A DNA stretch of 64,000 nt from Candidatus Latescibacterota bacterium. GTDB taxonomy: Bacteria > Latescibacterota > UBA2968 > UBA8231. The notes under the pieces are model-generated. The model saw only the letters and a list, made by a program, of their open reading frames with translations, did no database searches and was not told the origin of the DNA. This document shows, piece after piece, positions 49,340 through 60,012 of this stretch. The position numbers were made by a program, and so were the translations under genes. Every line of letters starts with the position of its first letter. The first letter of the stretch is position 1. The stretch spans positions 1,472,001 through 1,536,000 of the forward strand of contig OZ220089.1 of the NCBI GenBank assembly GCA_964291625.2. Reading direction: 5' to 3'.

Positions 49340-50956
49340 ATGACGCAAGGAACGGACCACATCGGTTGGCAGGCGTCCAGCGACGCCGGCGCCGTGGCCG
49401 CGGGCGGCGCCGGCGCCGTGGACGCGGGGATGCGCATCCTCGAGCAGGGCGGCAACGCCGCCGACGCGGCGGCGGCCACCATCTTCGCCCTGCAGGTCAC
49501 CGACCACATCGCCTGCTGCATCGGCGGCGAGGTGCCGCTGCTGATCTGGGACGCCGGCCGCGGCGAGGTGAAGTCCCTCTCGGGGCAGGGCCGCGCGCCC
49601 CTGGACCCGGCGGCGATCGACTGGTACATGGCCAACGGCATCCCGGGACGGGGGGACATGAAGATGGCCCCGGTGCCGTCGGTGGTGGACCTGTGCATCA
49701 CCACCCTGCAGCACTACGGGACCATGCCCCTGGAGCAGGTCGTGGCGCCGACCCTGGAGATCCTCGACGCCGGCGACCGCGAGTGGGAGCCGAAGCTGGC
49801 CCATACCCTGCGGCGCATGGTGGAGGAGGAGGGTCTGGCGGGCGGCTCCCGCGAGGACCGTCTGCAGGCCGCCTGCGACCGCTTCTACGGGCGCTCGTCA
49901 CGCTGCAACGACATCGCCGAGGAGCTGGAGGCCGAGTTCGTCAGACACGGCAGCTTCCTGCGCCGGGCCGACCTGGCCGCCCACCGCACCACCATCGAGG
50001 CGCCGGCCACCGCCGACTACCGCGGCTACACCGTCTGCAAGTGCGGCCCCTGGACCCAGGGGCCGGCGCTGCTCCAGGCCCTGCGCCTGCTCGAGGGTTT
50101 CGACCTGGCGGCGATGGGCCACCTGTCGGCCGACTACGTCCACGTGGTGGTGGAGGCGATCAAGCTCGCCTTCGCCGACCGCGACGCCCACTACGGCGAC
50201 CCGGAGTTCGTCCACGTGCCCCTGGACTCCCTGCTCTCCGACGCCTACACCGGCCTGCGGCAGCCCCTGATCGACATGGCTTCCGCCTCCCCCGAGGCGC
50301 GGCCGGGGAACCCGCTGGCCTTGGAGGCCGTCGTCGAAGGCGGCGTCTTCCGGCCCGGCGGCGAGGGCACCACCACCTGCGTCGTCGCCGACCGCTGGGG
50401 CAACGTCGTCTCGGCGACGCCGAGCGCCAACGTCGACACCAGCCGCATGGACGGCGGCGAGGCGGGGGTCACCTACGGCAACCGCCTGCGCAGCCTCAAC
50501 ACGACGCCCGACCACCCCAACTGCATCCAGCCCGGCAAGCGCCCTCGCATCACCCTCACGCCGACGCTGGTCCTCAAGGACGGCCAGCCCGCCTTCGCCG
50601 TCAGCGTCGCCGGCGGCGACCGCCAGGACCAGACGACCCTGGCCCTGCTGCTGGACGCCATCGACTTCGGCATGACCCCGGCCGAGGCGGTGCGGGCGCC
50701 CCGGTTCAGCACCTTCCACCACCAGAACTCCTTCGACCCCAACCCGCGGCGGGACCAGACCTTCACCGACGCCGGGGCCCTGGAGATCAACGAGTCGGTG
50801 GATTCCCGGGTGCGGGCGGAGCTTCAGCGGCGGGGCCACCCGCTGCGGGTGAAGGCGGGGGCGATCTCGTCGCCGGTGATGCTGCGGGTGGAGGAGTCCA
50901 GAAGATTCCTGGCCGCCGGCGACCCCGACGCGGGACGGCACGCGGCCGGGCTCTGA
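49340..50956 (+). CDS. gamma-glutamyltransferase family Ntn hydrolase
   Basis: GGNAADAA, IGGE, AFADRDAHYGDP, nucleophile TTTCVVADRWGN, PGKRPRITLTP. Confidence 0.9.
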   Translation: MTQGTDHIGWQASSDAGAVAAGGAGAVDAGMRILEQGGNAADAAAATIFALQVTDHIACCIGGEVPLLIWDAGRGEVKSLSGQGRAPLDPAAIDWYMANGIPGRGDMKMAPVPSVVDLCITTLQHYGTMPLEQVVAPTLEILDAGDREWEPKLAHTLRRMVEEEGLAGGSREDRLQAACDRFYGRSSRCNDIAEELEAEFVRHGSFLRRADLAAHRTTIEAPATADYRGYTVCKCGPWTQGPALLQALRLLEGFDLAAMGHLSADYVHVVVEAIKLAFADRDAHYGDPEFVHVPLDSLLSDAYTGLRQPLIDMASASPEARPGNPLALEAVVEGGVFRPGGEGTTTCVVADRWGNVVSATPSANVDTSRMDGGEAGVTYGNRLRSLNTTPDHPNCIQPGKRPRITLTPTLVLKDGQPAFAVSVAGGDRQDQTTLALLLDAIDFGMTPAEAVRAPRFSTFHHQNSFDPNPRRDQTFTDAGALEINESVDSRVRAELQRRGHPLRVKAGAISSPVMLRVEESRRFLAAGDPDAGRHAAGL

Positions 50957-51347
50957 GGCGCGGCGCCGGGGTGGTGCCCGAGCTCGGTCAGTCCCCCGAG
51001 TCCAGGTCGATCCCCCGAAGACCCCAGGTCACCGGATCAGGGCCACCTTCCCGATCCTCACCTGGTTCCCCGCGATCAGCCTCCACAGGTAGACCCCGCC
51101 GGCGACCTCACGGCCATCGCTGGTGCCGTCCCACTCCTTGGCGTAGACGCCCCTGGGGACGCCAGGATCGGCCACCAGGGTGGCCACAGGCTGGCCGGAG
51201 AGGTTGTAGACGATCAGGCTCACCGGGGCGTCCTCGGGCAACTGATAGTAGAACATGGTCGCCGGATTGAACGGGTTCGGGGCTGAGTGGATGACGAGCT
51301 CCCGAGGTCCTCCCATGGAGGACGGTCAACTGCGGCTGGTGATTCTC

Positions 51348-51425
51348 AGTGCCATCATCGGTGCCGTCGTCGGTCCCGTCATCGGTGCCGTCGTCACTCC
51401 CGTCATCCGTGCCGTCATCGGTCCC
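51348..51425 (-). repeat. 12-bp tandem repeat encoding (GTDD)x6 linker
   Basis: GTDDGTDDGSDDGTDDGTDDGTDDGT. Confidence 0.85.
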
Positions 51426-51553
51426 ACCTCTTCTAGGGACCACCGGGGTGGTCTTGACGAGGGTGGTGTTGTCCTCGTAGTCATCGTTGTAGATCACCGT
51501 CGCCCGGAGTCTGCGTCCGACGTCGGAGGCGCTCGGTGTATAGGCAGGGCCCA

Positions 51554-52975
51554 CTAGCAGGCCGTTGATAATGTCACGTTTTGGCACACGTTCGGTCGAT
51601 CTGAGTGGAAGAGGCGCCGAGGGATGAGAAATCGTCGATCCCGGGCCCAGGTGAGGAAGGGGCCTCCGGCGCGACCCGAGAGGCCCCGAGCGGCTTGCCG
51701 CCACGCCTGGAAGAGCCCAAGAACCGCCCCCCGCGCCCGCAGACCCCTCGGGGTCCCGCAACCGGTGAGCTTCCGCATGGCCAGGCCCAGATTGAAGGCG
51801 CTGCCATGAAGGCTCAGCCGCTTGGAGATGTTGGCGTGGCCCCGCAGGGGCGTCCGCCGCAGACCCCCGCTTTCGTAGGTGTGAGCGAAACTGCGTTCCG
51901 CGCACTCGGCCCGACGCCGTTGCAGGGCGCGGCCTCGGGCCCCTCGAATCCGGCGTCGGTTGGCATACACGGCGGCCTGGGCGTCCCGGTCCTTCCACCG
52001 GCGGCGCCCGCGGTCGGGCTCGGACTGGTAGCCGCGGATCCGGGCGCGCTTCAACATCTTGGTCGTGTCGTTGCTGTGATACCCTTTGTCCGTCACCACT
52101 TCCGACATCGGTTGGCCATGCAGATGTTTCTTGGCTGTCGGATCCTGCGACACGGCCTGCAGATTCAGGTCGCTCTGGATCAGCGTCCAAGACAGCGATG
52201 CCGTGTCTCCCACGTCGGCGCCGGTCACCTGGGTGGCCACCAGGGCCTGGGTGTCCAGATCGACCGCGTGCTCGACCTTGTGTGCCAGGTGGGTCCGCCC
52301 GTCCTTCATCTTGGTGATGCGGGCCTCCGGGTCGTGGGGATGCTGCCAGTCCTGGTTGGAGCCTTTGCGCGGCCGCTTCTTGTCGAGCCGGGCCACGTCC
52401 TGGCGCGTCGGCGTCTCGATCCCTTCGGCCCGGGCCAGCTCCTCCAGGTACTCGCGGTAGCCTTGCCCGGTGTCCCGCCGCACGACGCTGCGCAGGGCGG
52501 CGTTGGCCTCCAGGGTCGTGGCGTCCACCGCCAAGGTCTTGCCCTTCAGGAGCCCTTCCTTGGCCAGCACGGTCAGCACCCAGTTGAACACCTCTTGGTA
52601 GACCTCCGGCGGCAGACGCTGACGAATGCGCGTCAGGCTCGAGTGATCGGGCGTGGCCTCGCTCAAGGCGTAGCCCAGAAACCGCCGCAGCGACAGCGAG
52701 TCGGCCACCCGCCAGGCGATGCCCCGCTCCGAGCCCAGGCCCTCGAAGTAGCCGATCAGGAGCATGCGAAAATAGACCCCCGGCGCGATGCTCGGCCGGC
52801 CCAGCTTCTCCGCGTAATACGGCGCGCACCGGGATTCCACAAACCGGTCAAATCCATGCGCCGCCAGCAGCTGATTCAGTTGCGTATAGAACGGACACCC
52901 GGGCGCCTCCGGCAGCGTGTGGGTCGGCACCCACATCTCCTGTTGCTGACTCTCGGGTCGTCGACTCATCGACAT
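51554..52975 (-). CDS. IS1182/IS5-like DDE transposase
   Basis: GRPSIAPGVYFRMLLIGYFEG, PDHSSL, VDATTL, TDKGY, ERSFAH. Confidence 0.9.
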   Translation of the reverse strand: MSMSRRPESQQQEMWVPTHTLPEAPGCPFYTQLNQLLAAHGFDRFVESRCAPYYAEKLGRPSIAPGVYFRMLLIGYFEGLGSERGIAWRVADSLSLRRFLGYALSEATPDHSSLTRIRQRLPPEVYQEVFNWVLTVLAKEGLLKGKTLAVDATTLEANAALRSVVRRDTGQGYREYLEELARAEGIETPTRQDVARLDKKRPRKGSNQDWQHPHDPEARITKMKDGRTHLAHKVEHAVDLDTQALVATQVTGADVGDTASLSWTLIQSDLNLQAVSQDPTAKKHLHGQPMSEVVTDKGYHSNDTTKMLKRARIRGYQSEPDRGRRRWKDRDAQAAVYANRRRIRGARGRALQRRRAECAERSFAHTYESGGLRRTPLRGHANISKRLSLHGSAFNLGLAMRKLTGCGTPRGLRARGAVLGLFQAWRQAARGLSGRAGGPFLTWARDRRFLIPRRLFHSDRPNVCQNVTLSTAC

Positions 52976-53018
52976 CGATCCGGCTCCTTGGGTACGTGGC
53001 CTATGCCGAATCTAGAAA

Positions 53019-54382
53019 GGCTCATCCGGGATTACTGTGGGTAGCCCCAACATGTTGTGGTCTCGGATAGAGGTCGAGTCCGCCGCAATGGAAGTAGATG
53101 GCGGTCTGGAAGTTCGTGCGGTTGCGATAGCCGCGGGCCAGGCGCTTGACCTTTTCCACCTGCGCGTTCACCGCCTCGTTGAGGGCGTTGGTGATCCGGT
53201 GGCGCAGGTAGGTCAGGATGTTGTCCAGCCGCCGCTTCAGCGTGCGGGCCACGGCGATCACCGGCGGCAGACGGCTGTGGGTGGCCCAGAAGTACCAGCG
53301 CCGGAAGAAGCGACGAGCCCACCCTTCCCGGCGGTAGGTCCACAGCTGGCGCAGATTCTCCTTCAGGGCCCAGGCGCGGCTGACCTGCAGGTCCATGGCC
53401 CGCAACGCCTCGAACCGGGGCAGCAGGGCCTCGGGGATCCGGTCGGGGTGGTAGAGCCAGAGGTATTTGGTCCCCGTGAGCACCTCGTCCTGCTGGGCCC
53501 GCAGCTTCTTGTGCTCCTGGCGGCGCACCCGGTCGACGGCCTCGTTCATCAGTCGCAGGACGTGGAACTTGTCGAACACGATCTTGTCCCCGGCGTCGGG
53601 CACCCAGGCTTTCACGGCCGCGATGTAGGGGTCGTGCATGTCCAGGCAGATGGCCTCGATCCGCTTCAACTCCTGTTCGTCGAAGGGGAGGAAATACTCC
53701 TCCAGGCTCTCCCGTCGACGACCGTCGGCCACGTGTTCCACGCTCTTGGTTTCCAGGTCGCAGACCAGGGTCATGTACTGGTGGCGCTTGGCGAAGGCCT
53801 TCTCGTCGACGCCGAGATGGACCGGCACCCTCCACACCTTGCGGCGCTGGCCCCGGCGAACGGCGCCGGCCAGGACGCTCGAACAGCGATCCCAACTGAG
53901 CCCGGTGAGGCGGCTCACCGCCTGCAGGCTGCACTCCTTGGCCAAGTCGATGACGCGGGCCTCCAGGGCCCGGGTCAGACCCGAGCCGGGCTCGGCCCAC
54001 TCGGAAGCGATGGAGAGCACGACGTGGACCCGGCACTGGACCCGGGGCAGGCGGGTATGGACGTAGGTCGGCCGATCGCAGGTGTCCAGATGGCGCCATT
54101 CCCGCTCGGGGGCGTGGTCGTAGACGGGACACCAGGCGTCACAGCGGGGACAGCGCATCTTGACGCCGCGCTCATGGTCCACGTAGACATCGACCCGCTC
54201 CCGGTCCTGGAACCGCACCTCGAGCACAATCCAAGGGCGCTCGATTCGCAGCAGATGGGCATAGAACTGCTTGAGGTCGTCCATGGACGGCCCTCCCCGA
54301 TGGCGGTGGCAAGGGACTGCGAGACTCGGTCCCTATGATACCACAACATCTTGGGGGTCCCCACTCTCAACCCGGATGAGCC
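53019..54382 (-). mobile_element. ISL3-family IS
   Basis: TIR GGCTCATCCGGG at both ends; 8-bp TSD TCTAGAAA (53011-53018, 54383-54390). Confidence 0.93.
53022..54284 (-). CDS. ISL3 transposase
   Basis: CPRC, WRHLD, GVDEK, DM, DKFHV, TNALNEAVN. Confidence 0.93.
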   Translation of the reverse strand: MDDLKQFYAHLLRIERPWIVLEVRFQDRERVDVYVDHERGVKMRCPRCDAWCPVYDHAPEREWRHLDTCDRPTYVHTRLPRVQCRVHVVLSIASEWAEPGSGLTRALEARVIDLAKECSLQAVSRLTGLSWDRCSSVLAGAVRRGQRRKVWRVPVHLGVDEKAFAKRHQYMTLVCDLETKSVEHVADGRRRESLEEYFLPFDEQELKRIEAICLDMHDPYIAAVKAWVPDAGDKIVFDKFHVLRLMNEAVDRVRRQEHKKLRAQQDEVLTGTKYLWLYHPDRIPEALLPRFEALRAMDLQVSRAWALKENLRQLWTYRREGWARRFFRRWYFWATHSRLPPVIAVARTLKRRLDNILTYLRHRITNALNEAVNAQVEKVKRLARGYRNRTNFQTAIYFHCGGLDLYPRPQHVGATHSNPG

Positions 54383-54962
54383 TCTAGAAAAGACCGGTAC
54401 GAGGGGACAATCGTCCCCTCCCCCATCCGCGCCTTTTTCAACGGACTGCTAGGTCCGGATCGTCCGCTGACTCGACGGTTCCTCCTGCCTTCGACCAGGA
54501 CCACCTCATCTCTTCCGCGTCGTCAGGGTCGATCAATCTCCCTGTGATGACCTGCCCTTGAACCGGAGGATCGGCGTTGTCCAGGGAGATCTCTCCGACG
54601 GTGTTCTGCTTGAGAGTCACGGTGACGGAGTAGGCCTCCGTGGAGGCATGGGTCGCCGTGCTGCCGTTGACGCCCACGGTGTATACGTTAGCGTCGGGGT
54701 CCGTTTCATTGTAGTCCGGTCGACTACTCGTGAAGGTCAGGTCGCCGTTGTCGTCGATCGCGAAATATCCATCGGAGTTGGAGCTCAGTCTCCAGGTCAC
54801 GTCCGATATACTCTCGCCGTCGGAAGTCTCTGCCGCGTACCGGCCAAATGGCCCGCGACCATCCTTGGTAGTAGTCGAGAGTCGTCGGGCCGCGGATGAC
54901 CAGCGCTTGCACGGTAGTCAGTCTCGGCTGGAGAGGAGCGGTGGGCTCGCTCTGGGCGGTAA

Positions 54963-55051
54963 GGCTTTGTCACGAATCAACTGAACTACTGCGGGGCGCC
55001 CTTCGGTCGGCGGAACCTCGACTTATGACTCGTTTATTTGTTCGCGGAGCC
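54963..55051. mobile_element. 89-bp MITE related to ISAzo13
   Basis: TAA TSD (54960-54962, 55052-55054); ends GGCTTTGTCACGAA and GGCTCCGCGAACAAATAAACG match the two ends of the ISAzo13 copy. Confidence 0.8.
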
Positions 55052-56801
55052 TAACCTTCGCCACTGGATGCGCATCGTCGTTGTAGGTCACTGTGGCTCT
55101 GTACTTCCTGTTCAGATACCTGTCGTCGTCTGGCGTAAAGGTGTTGGTGATTTCCCCGTCCACATAGTCACCCGGCCGGCCCTCCATTGTGATCTCCTGC
55201 CATCTCCACCCCACCCTCCTCGGATTATCGCGGTCGTTGAAGGTCGCAACGATTGGCGTGCCAATCCTTGGCGGATCGCCTGTCTGGAGCGTCACGGTGC
55301 CTCGAATGTTCTTCTTGACGTCCACAGACACGTCATAGGACGTTCGACGCTGTGGGTTGATGGTCGCCACGACATCAATGTCGTACGTCCCTGCTGGGGT
55401 GCTGGCTGCATCCGCAAGGGTCAGGCTGCCCTCGTCATCGATGGCAAAGTAGCGGTCGTTGTTGTTGGTCAAGGACCACTCGACGGAGGCTCCTCCGCAG
55501 GTCCCCTCCGGGACCGAGTACTGCCCCAGAGCATTGCCCCGGTGCGTCCAGTGGGTATAGCTGCTCTCCCCTCGACAACTATCGGCACGGGAGGGGCGGG
55601 GAAGTCCCGCGTATAGATGCCGCTCCACCGATAGTGCTCCTCGTCAATGTCACTGTCGCGATCGGCCTTCGTGTCCCTGATGCAGTCGGATTCGCTTCGG
55701 ATGCAGTGACCTGCCTTGACAGCCAGGGTGTAGGTCCTGCCGGGAGACATGGGCCACTCCTCCACTTGGCCCGGTCTCCACCACCTGTCATAGGGGTCGA
55801 CATCGATGGAATCAATAGCCTCCCAGAATTCCACACCCCGCGGCTTCCAGGTGCCTGAGGAGGGGATGTGCTGCTGGGGGTCTCCGCCATGACAGTCTAC
55901 CGAATTCACTTTGAGGAATACCATCGAAATGGGAGGGTTCTGGTCTTGCTCGCCTCCCAATTTGATTGCCACTTTGGCGCGGCTGTTGCTAAGGCATCGC
56001 GCAGAAATAAACGCTGTTCTTTTTGATGGAGGGGTGTTATCTTTGAAGCGTGGACACGGAGAGCACCCTGCGGGCGAAATGCGAAGCCCTGGCGCCGATG
56101 TTGAACGAGCGCACCCGGCGCTTGTGGGCCGCGTCGGAGGCGCAAGCCCTGGGGCATGGCGGCATTGCCGTGGTGGCCCGGGCGACGGGCCTGTCGCGGA
56201 CCCGGATCGCTCGCGGCCTGCAGGAACTGCGGTCGGACGCCCCCCCGGCCGTGTGCGCCGACCGGGCGGCGGCCGCAAGCGGCGCGTCGATACCGACGTC
56301 ACGCTGTTGTCGGACCTCAACGCCCTGGTCGAGCCGGTCACCGCCGGGGCGCCGGACGACAGTCCCCTGCGATGGACGTCGAAGAGCACCCGCAAGTTGG
56401 CGGTCGAGTTGCAGGCCTTGGGCCATTCGGTAAGTCCTCGCCTCGTCAGCGGACTGTTGCACGAGCTCGGCTACACGCTGCAGGCGAATCGCAAGACGAG
56501 AGAAGGCACCCAACACCCGGATCGGGACGCCCAGTTTCACTATCTCAACGACCAGGTCCGAAGGGCCCAGGCCCAAGGCCAGCCGGTCATTTGTCAAGGG
56601 ACACCCAGATTCGCGCAGTTAGGGGACACCCAGATTCGCGCACCCCGGATGGTCGGGGTTGGTGGTACCGGATCGGTTTCCCTCCCTCCGGAGGTGAGGC
56701 GTGGCACCGGGCGCGGGGGTCTTCAATGCACCCCGGGGCGGAGCCCCCGCTCCCACGAAGGGCCCCTCTTCGAAGAGGCCTGGCGGTGAACGACGTACGG
56801 G

Positions 56802-57581
56802 TCATCGGTCCTGGGCGAGCTGCTGCTCCATGTCCCGGAGGCGGAAGCTGCGGCCGTCGATCTGCAGTACATGGCAGTAGTGCAGCAGGCGGTCCAGGAT
56901 GGCCGTGGCCAGGACCTCGTCGCCGGCCAGCATCTCCGGCCATTCGCGGATGCTCTTGTTGGAGGTGATCAGGGTGCTGCCGCGCTCGTATCGATGGTTG
57001 ATGACCTTGAACAGCAGGTGGGCCTGGTGCCGGTCCAGGGCCTGGAAGCCGAGCTCGTCGATGATCAGCAGACTGGTGGTCATGTACTTGCGCCGGTGCA
57101 GCCGCGAGCCGTCGGCGGTTTCGTCGCGGCGGACCACGTCGACGAGGTCGTCGGCGCTCATGAAGGCCACGGAGAAACCGTTCTGCACCGCCTTGACGCC
57201 CAGCCCGGCCGCCAGGTGGGACTTGCCCACGCCCGGGGGGCCCAACAACAGCACCACCTCCTTGCGGCGCACGAACTCGGAGGTAGCCAGCAGGTCGATC
57301 TGGCTCTTGTCGACGCTGGTCTGGAAGGCGAAGTCGAAGGTGTCCAGGGTCTTGCCTCCTGGCAGGCCGGAGAGCTTGAGGCCGGTGCGCACGCGGCGCT
57401 CCTCCCGCGACTCCTGCTCCCGCTGGCAGACCAGGTGCAGGAACTTGGGCAGGCTCAGCTCTTCCTTGACGGCCCGCTCCAGCAACTCCGGCAGGCACTG
57501 GGACACCCACTCCAGGCCCAGGTGCGTCAGCAGGGTGCGGGTGTCGTCCAGCTCGCTCTGCGAGGGGGGACGGGCGGCCAT
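56802..57581 (-). CDS. istB: IS21 helper ATPase
   Basis: GPPGVGKSHLA, LIIDELGF, ITSN, AILDRLLH, GRSFR. Confidence 0.95.
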   Translation of the reverse strand: MAARPPSQSELDDTRTLLTHLGLEWVSQCLPELLERAVKEELSLPKFLHLVCQREQESREERRVRTGLKLSGLPGGKTLDTFDFAFQTSVDKSQIDLLATSEFVRRKEVVLLLGPPGVGKSHLAAGLGVKAVQNGFSVAFMSADDLVDVVRRDETADGSRLHRRKYMTTSLLIIDELGFQALDRHQAHLLFKVINHRYERGSTLITSNKSIREWPEMLAGDEVLATAILDRLLHYCHVLQIDGRSFRLRDMEQQLAQDR

Positions 57582-58882
57582 CAGCCCCGCCTCCCGGCGC
57601 GTTCCACCAGCGCCGCGTAGCCGTCGAGGGGCCGAGTGGGCGCCTGCCAGTCCCAACTCTTGGGCAGCACGATCTGCTGGGCCAAGCGCCCCAGGGGCGT
57701 GGGCGCCTCGAGATGATCCGGCGGCGCCCCCTCGTAACAGCGTTGATCGATGAGACGGCGACAGGCCGTATGGCGCGGATAGCTCATCACACAGCGGTCC
57801 TCGACGTAGATCTCGACCGTGGCGGCGCAGCCGCGCACCTGCACGGCGCGGCCCACCCAGGCGAAGGGCACGCCGTATTCGCGGCCGTCGAAGCGCACCA
57901 AGCCGTCGCGGCCCACGTCTCGCTGCACCTGCGTGTCGAAGGGGGTGGGCAAGGTTTCCGGCAGCGGCGCCAGGTGAGGCCGCTCCACCTGCCAGGACTC
58001 GGCCACCGACTGGCCGGTCAGCGGACAGCGCAGGCGCTCGGCCGACTCGAGCACCCGCAGATCGGACGCCGTCTGCAACTCGGCCAGGGTCTCGAAGCGC
58101 TCGTTGCGCCGGATCAGATTCCAGCGCACATCGCGCACCCGCCGCTCGACCTTGCCCTTGTCGGTGGGCCGGCGGATCCGGCAGGCGTCCGGCACGAAGC
58201 CCAGCGGCCGGGCGTAGGCGGCGTAGTCGTCGTTGAGGATCGCCCACGGCCCGCCGCGGCGGACCACGGCGGTCTTGCAGTTGTCGAAGCGCACGCTCCA
58301 GGGCACCCCCTGTACCGCCTCGAAGGCGCGATTGTGCGCCTCCTGCCAGGACAGCTGGCCCTGGTCGAGCCGCCACTGCACCGACCACATGCGCGAAAAG
58401 CTGAGCGACAGGCTGAAGGCGCTCAGCCGCGTGCGACCACCCAGCTCGCGCACCTGCACCCAGGGCTCGACCCAGTCCACCTGCGCCTGGCTGCCCGGCC
58501 GCACCTCCACCCGACGCAGCGGGCGCACCTTCGGCGGCGGCCGGCGTCGCCGCACATAGCGGGCCACCGCCTTGTAGGTCCCCCGGTAGCCGTGCTCGCG
58601 GACCAGGGTGTCGTAGAGGGCCCGCACCGGCTCCGGCCGCTGGCCCTCTTGCACACGCTCTTGCTGTCCCTGGATCCACGCCTGAATCACCCCGTCATGG
58701 GCCGAACAGGCCTCCGGCTTGCACCGACGGCCGTCCTCCGCCCCCTCGGCTCGACGCTTGAGCCGGTAGCGAAGGGTGCTCTCGGCGACCCCCAACTCCT
58801 GGGCCGCCGAGCGAACGCTGTGACCGCACTCGGCGGTCAGGACTTGCGCACACACCAGATCTCTCTCCCGCAACTTGGTCAT
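57581..58882 (-). CDS. istA: IS21 transposase
   Basis: PGSQAQVDW, FDNCKTAV, KGKVER. Confidence 0.95.
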   Translation of the reverse strand: MTKLRERDLVCAQVLTAECGHSVRSAAQELGVAESTLRYRLKRRAEGAEDGRRCKPEACSAHDGVIQAWIQGQQERVQEGQRPEPVRALYDTLVREHGYRGTYKAVARYVRRRRPPPKVRPLRRVEVRPGSQAQVDWVEPWVQVRELGGRTRLSAFSLSLSFSRMWSVQWRLDQGQLSWQEAHNRAFEAVQGVPWSVRFDNCKTAVVRRGGPWAILNDDYAAYARPLGFVPDACRIRRPTDKGKVERRVRDVRWNLIRRNERFETLAELQTASDLRVLESAERLRCPLTGQSVAESWQVERPHLAPLPETLPTPFDTQVQRDVGRDGLVRFDGREYGVPFAWVGRAVQVRGCAATVEIYVEDRCVMSYPRHTACRRLIDQRCYEGAPPDHLEAPTPLGRLAQQIVLPKSWDWQAPTRPLDGYAALVERAGRRG

Positions 58883-60012
58883 GCCCGGCCCCCTTGCCTG
58901 AGGAACGATTCCTCCAAGGATGGCGCCGAGCGACGGATCGCGGGGTGCGCGAAAGTAGATGTCCCTTAAGAGCGAAAATCGGTGGATTCCTTACATCATT
59001 TCGGTGGACACCAAGAAGAAGGAGCTGATCGGCGACTTCAAGAACGGGGGTCGAGCCTGGCGTCCGAAGGGCGATCCGGAACGCGTGAAGGTCCACGACT
59101 TCCTCATCCCCACCCAGGGCAAGGCGATTCCCTACGGGGTCTACGACCTGAGCCGCAACGAGGGCTGGGTCAGCGTTGGGGTCGACCACGACACCGCCCA
59201 CTTCGCGGTGAACACCATCCGCAGCTGGTGGCAACGCATGGGACGCCCGGCCTACCCGGCGGCCTCGCACCTGTGGATCACGGCCGATGCGGGGGGCAGC
59301 AACGGCCCGAGACTGCGATTGTGGAAATGGGAATTGCAGCGCTTTGCCGATCGCACGGGCCTGACGATCACCGGCTGTCACTATCCTCCGGGCACGAGCA
59401 AGTGGAACCGCATCGAGCATCGCCTGTTCTCCTATATCGCCAAGAACTGGCGAGGCCAGCCGTTGGTCAGTCTGGCCACGGTGGTCAACCTGATCGGCCG
59501 GACGACCACGACGAAAGGGCTTCGAGTGCGCTCGGAGATCGACAAGCGATCGTATCCCAAAGCTGTGGTCGTCAAGGACGAGCAAATGGAGCGGATCGAT
59601 CTCTTGCCGCATGAGTTTCACGGGGACTGGAACTACACGATCCGGCCCACATCGGCCAGCCGAAGTGAATCATCTGTTTCGTGACAAAGCCCTAGTCCTC
59701 CCTGTAGGATAGCTGTATGGAGGGATTTTCTTGCCTACTGAACTACCTGCTACACTTCTAAATGCTCTTTGAACTGATTCCGCGGCCGGATTGTTGAAGA
59801 AGTTCTTCGACCCATCAAATTAACGAGGAGAAATGTGATGGAATTTCCAGCACCGTAATCGTTTGGAGGAAGGGTGTTTCTGCTTTGTGGTCACGGCTGG
59901 AGACGCTAAGATTGAGAACCCTCTTTGCGTTCTCTCTGATGGCCTCGCGGCTCTCTTTGATGGCTTCGCTTAGGTCGGTCATGTATAACTCCTTGAGTTA
60001 AGGTTATTTCAG

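Larger units (their letters stand above)
51558..54448 (-). mobile_element. IS1182/IS5-like IS (DUF772 transposase) carrying a nested ISL3
   Basis: TIRs CAGGCCGTTGATAA / CAGTCCGTTGAAAA; CTAG duplicated at 51554-51557 and 54449-54452. Confidence 0.88.
56592..58995 (-). mobile_element. IS21-family IS
   Basis: TGT...ACA ends, subterminal GGGACACCCAGATTCGCGCA repeats, 5-bp TSD TCATT (56587-56591, 58996-59000). Confidence 0.93.
56050..59684 (+). pseudogene. ISAzo13 transposase (frameshift in C-run near 56240, split by IS21)
   Basis: LNERTRRLWAA, PLRWTSKS, HPDRDAQF, PVI|SVDTKKKE, ADAGGSN, PPGTSKWNRIEHR, FHGDWNY. Confidence 0.9.
55992..59691 (+). mobile_element. ISAzo13-family IS interrupted by IS21
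   Basis: CTA duplication (55989-55991, 59692-59694); ends GGCATCGCGCAGAAATAAAC / GGCTTTGTCACGAAACAG. Confidence 0.85.
51029..59830 (-). pseudogene. large cadherin/Ig-repeat surface protein with C-terminal FlgD-like sorting domain, disrupted by five mobile elements and several frameshifts
   Basis: Removing each element plus one target copy restores the frame (DDPDL|VGPAY; HPVAKV|TAQSE; PTGRT|SNSRA); YFAIDD.G.LT repeats; APNPFNP...WDG.....VAGGVY C-terminus. Confidence 0.8.

Noticed and set aside
54963-59691. Single composite transposon bounded by GGCTTTGTCACGAA inverted repeats
   Set aside because: The MITE and the ISAzo13 each have their own target duplication, and the host frame is restored independently at each site
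59814-59982. Small ORF MTDLSEAIKESREAIRENAKRVL... with a good RBS
   Set aside because: Appears to be a truncated gene start fused out of frame to the adhesin relic; no product can be supported
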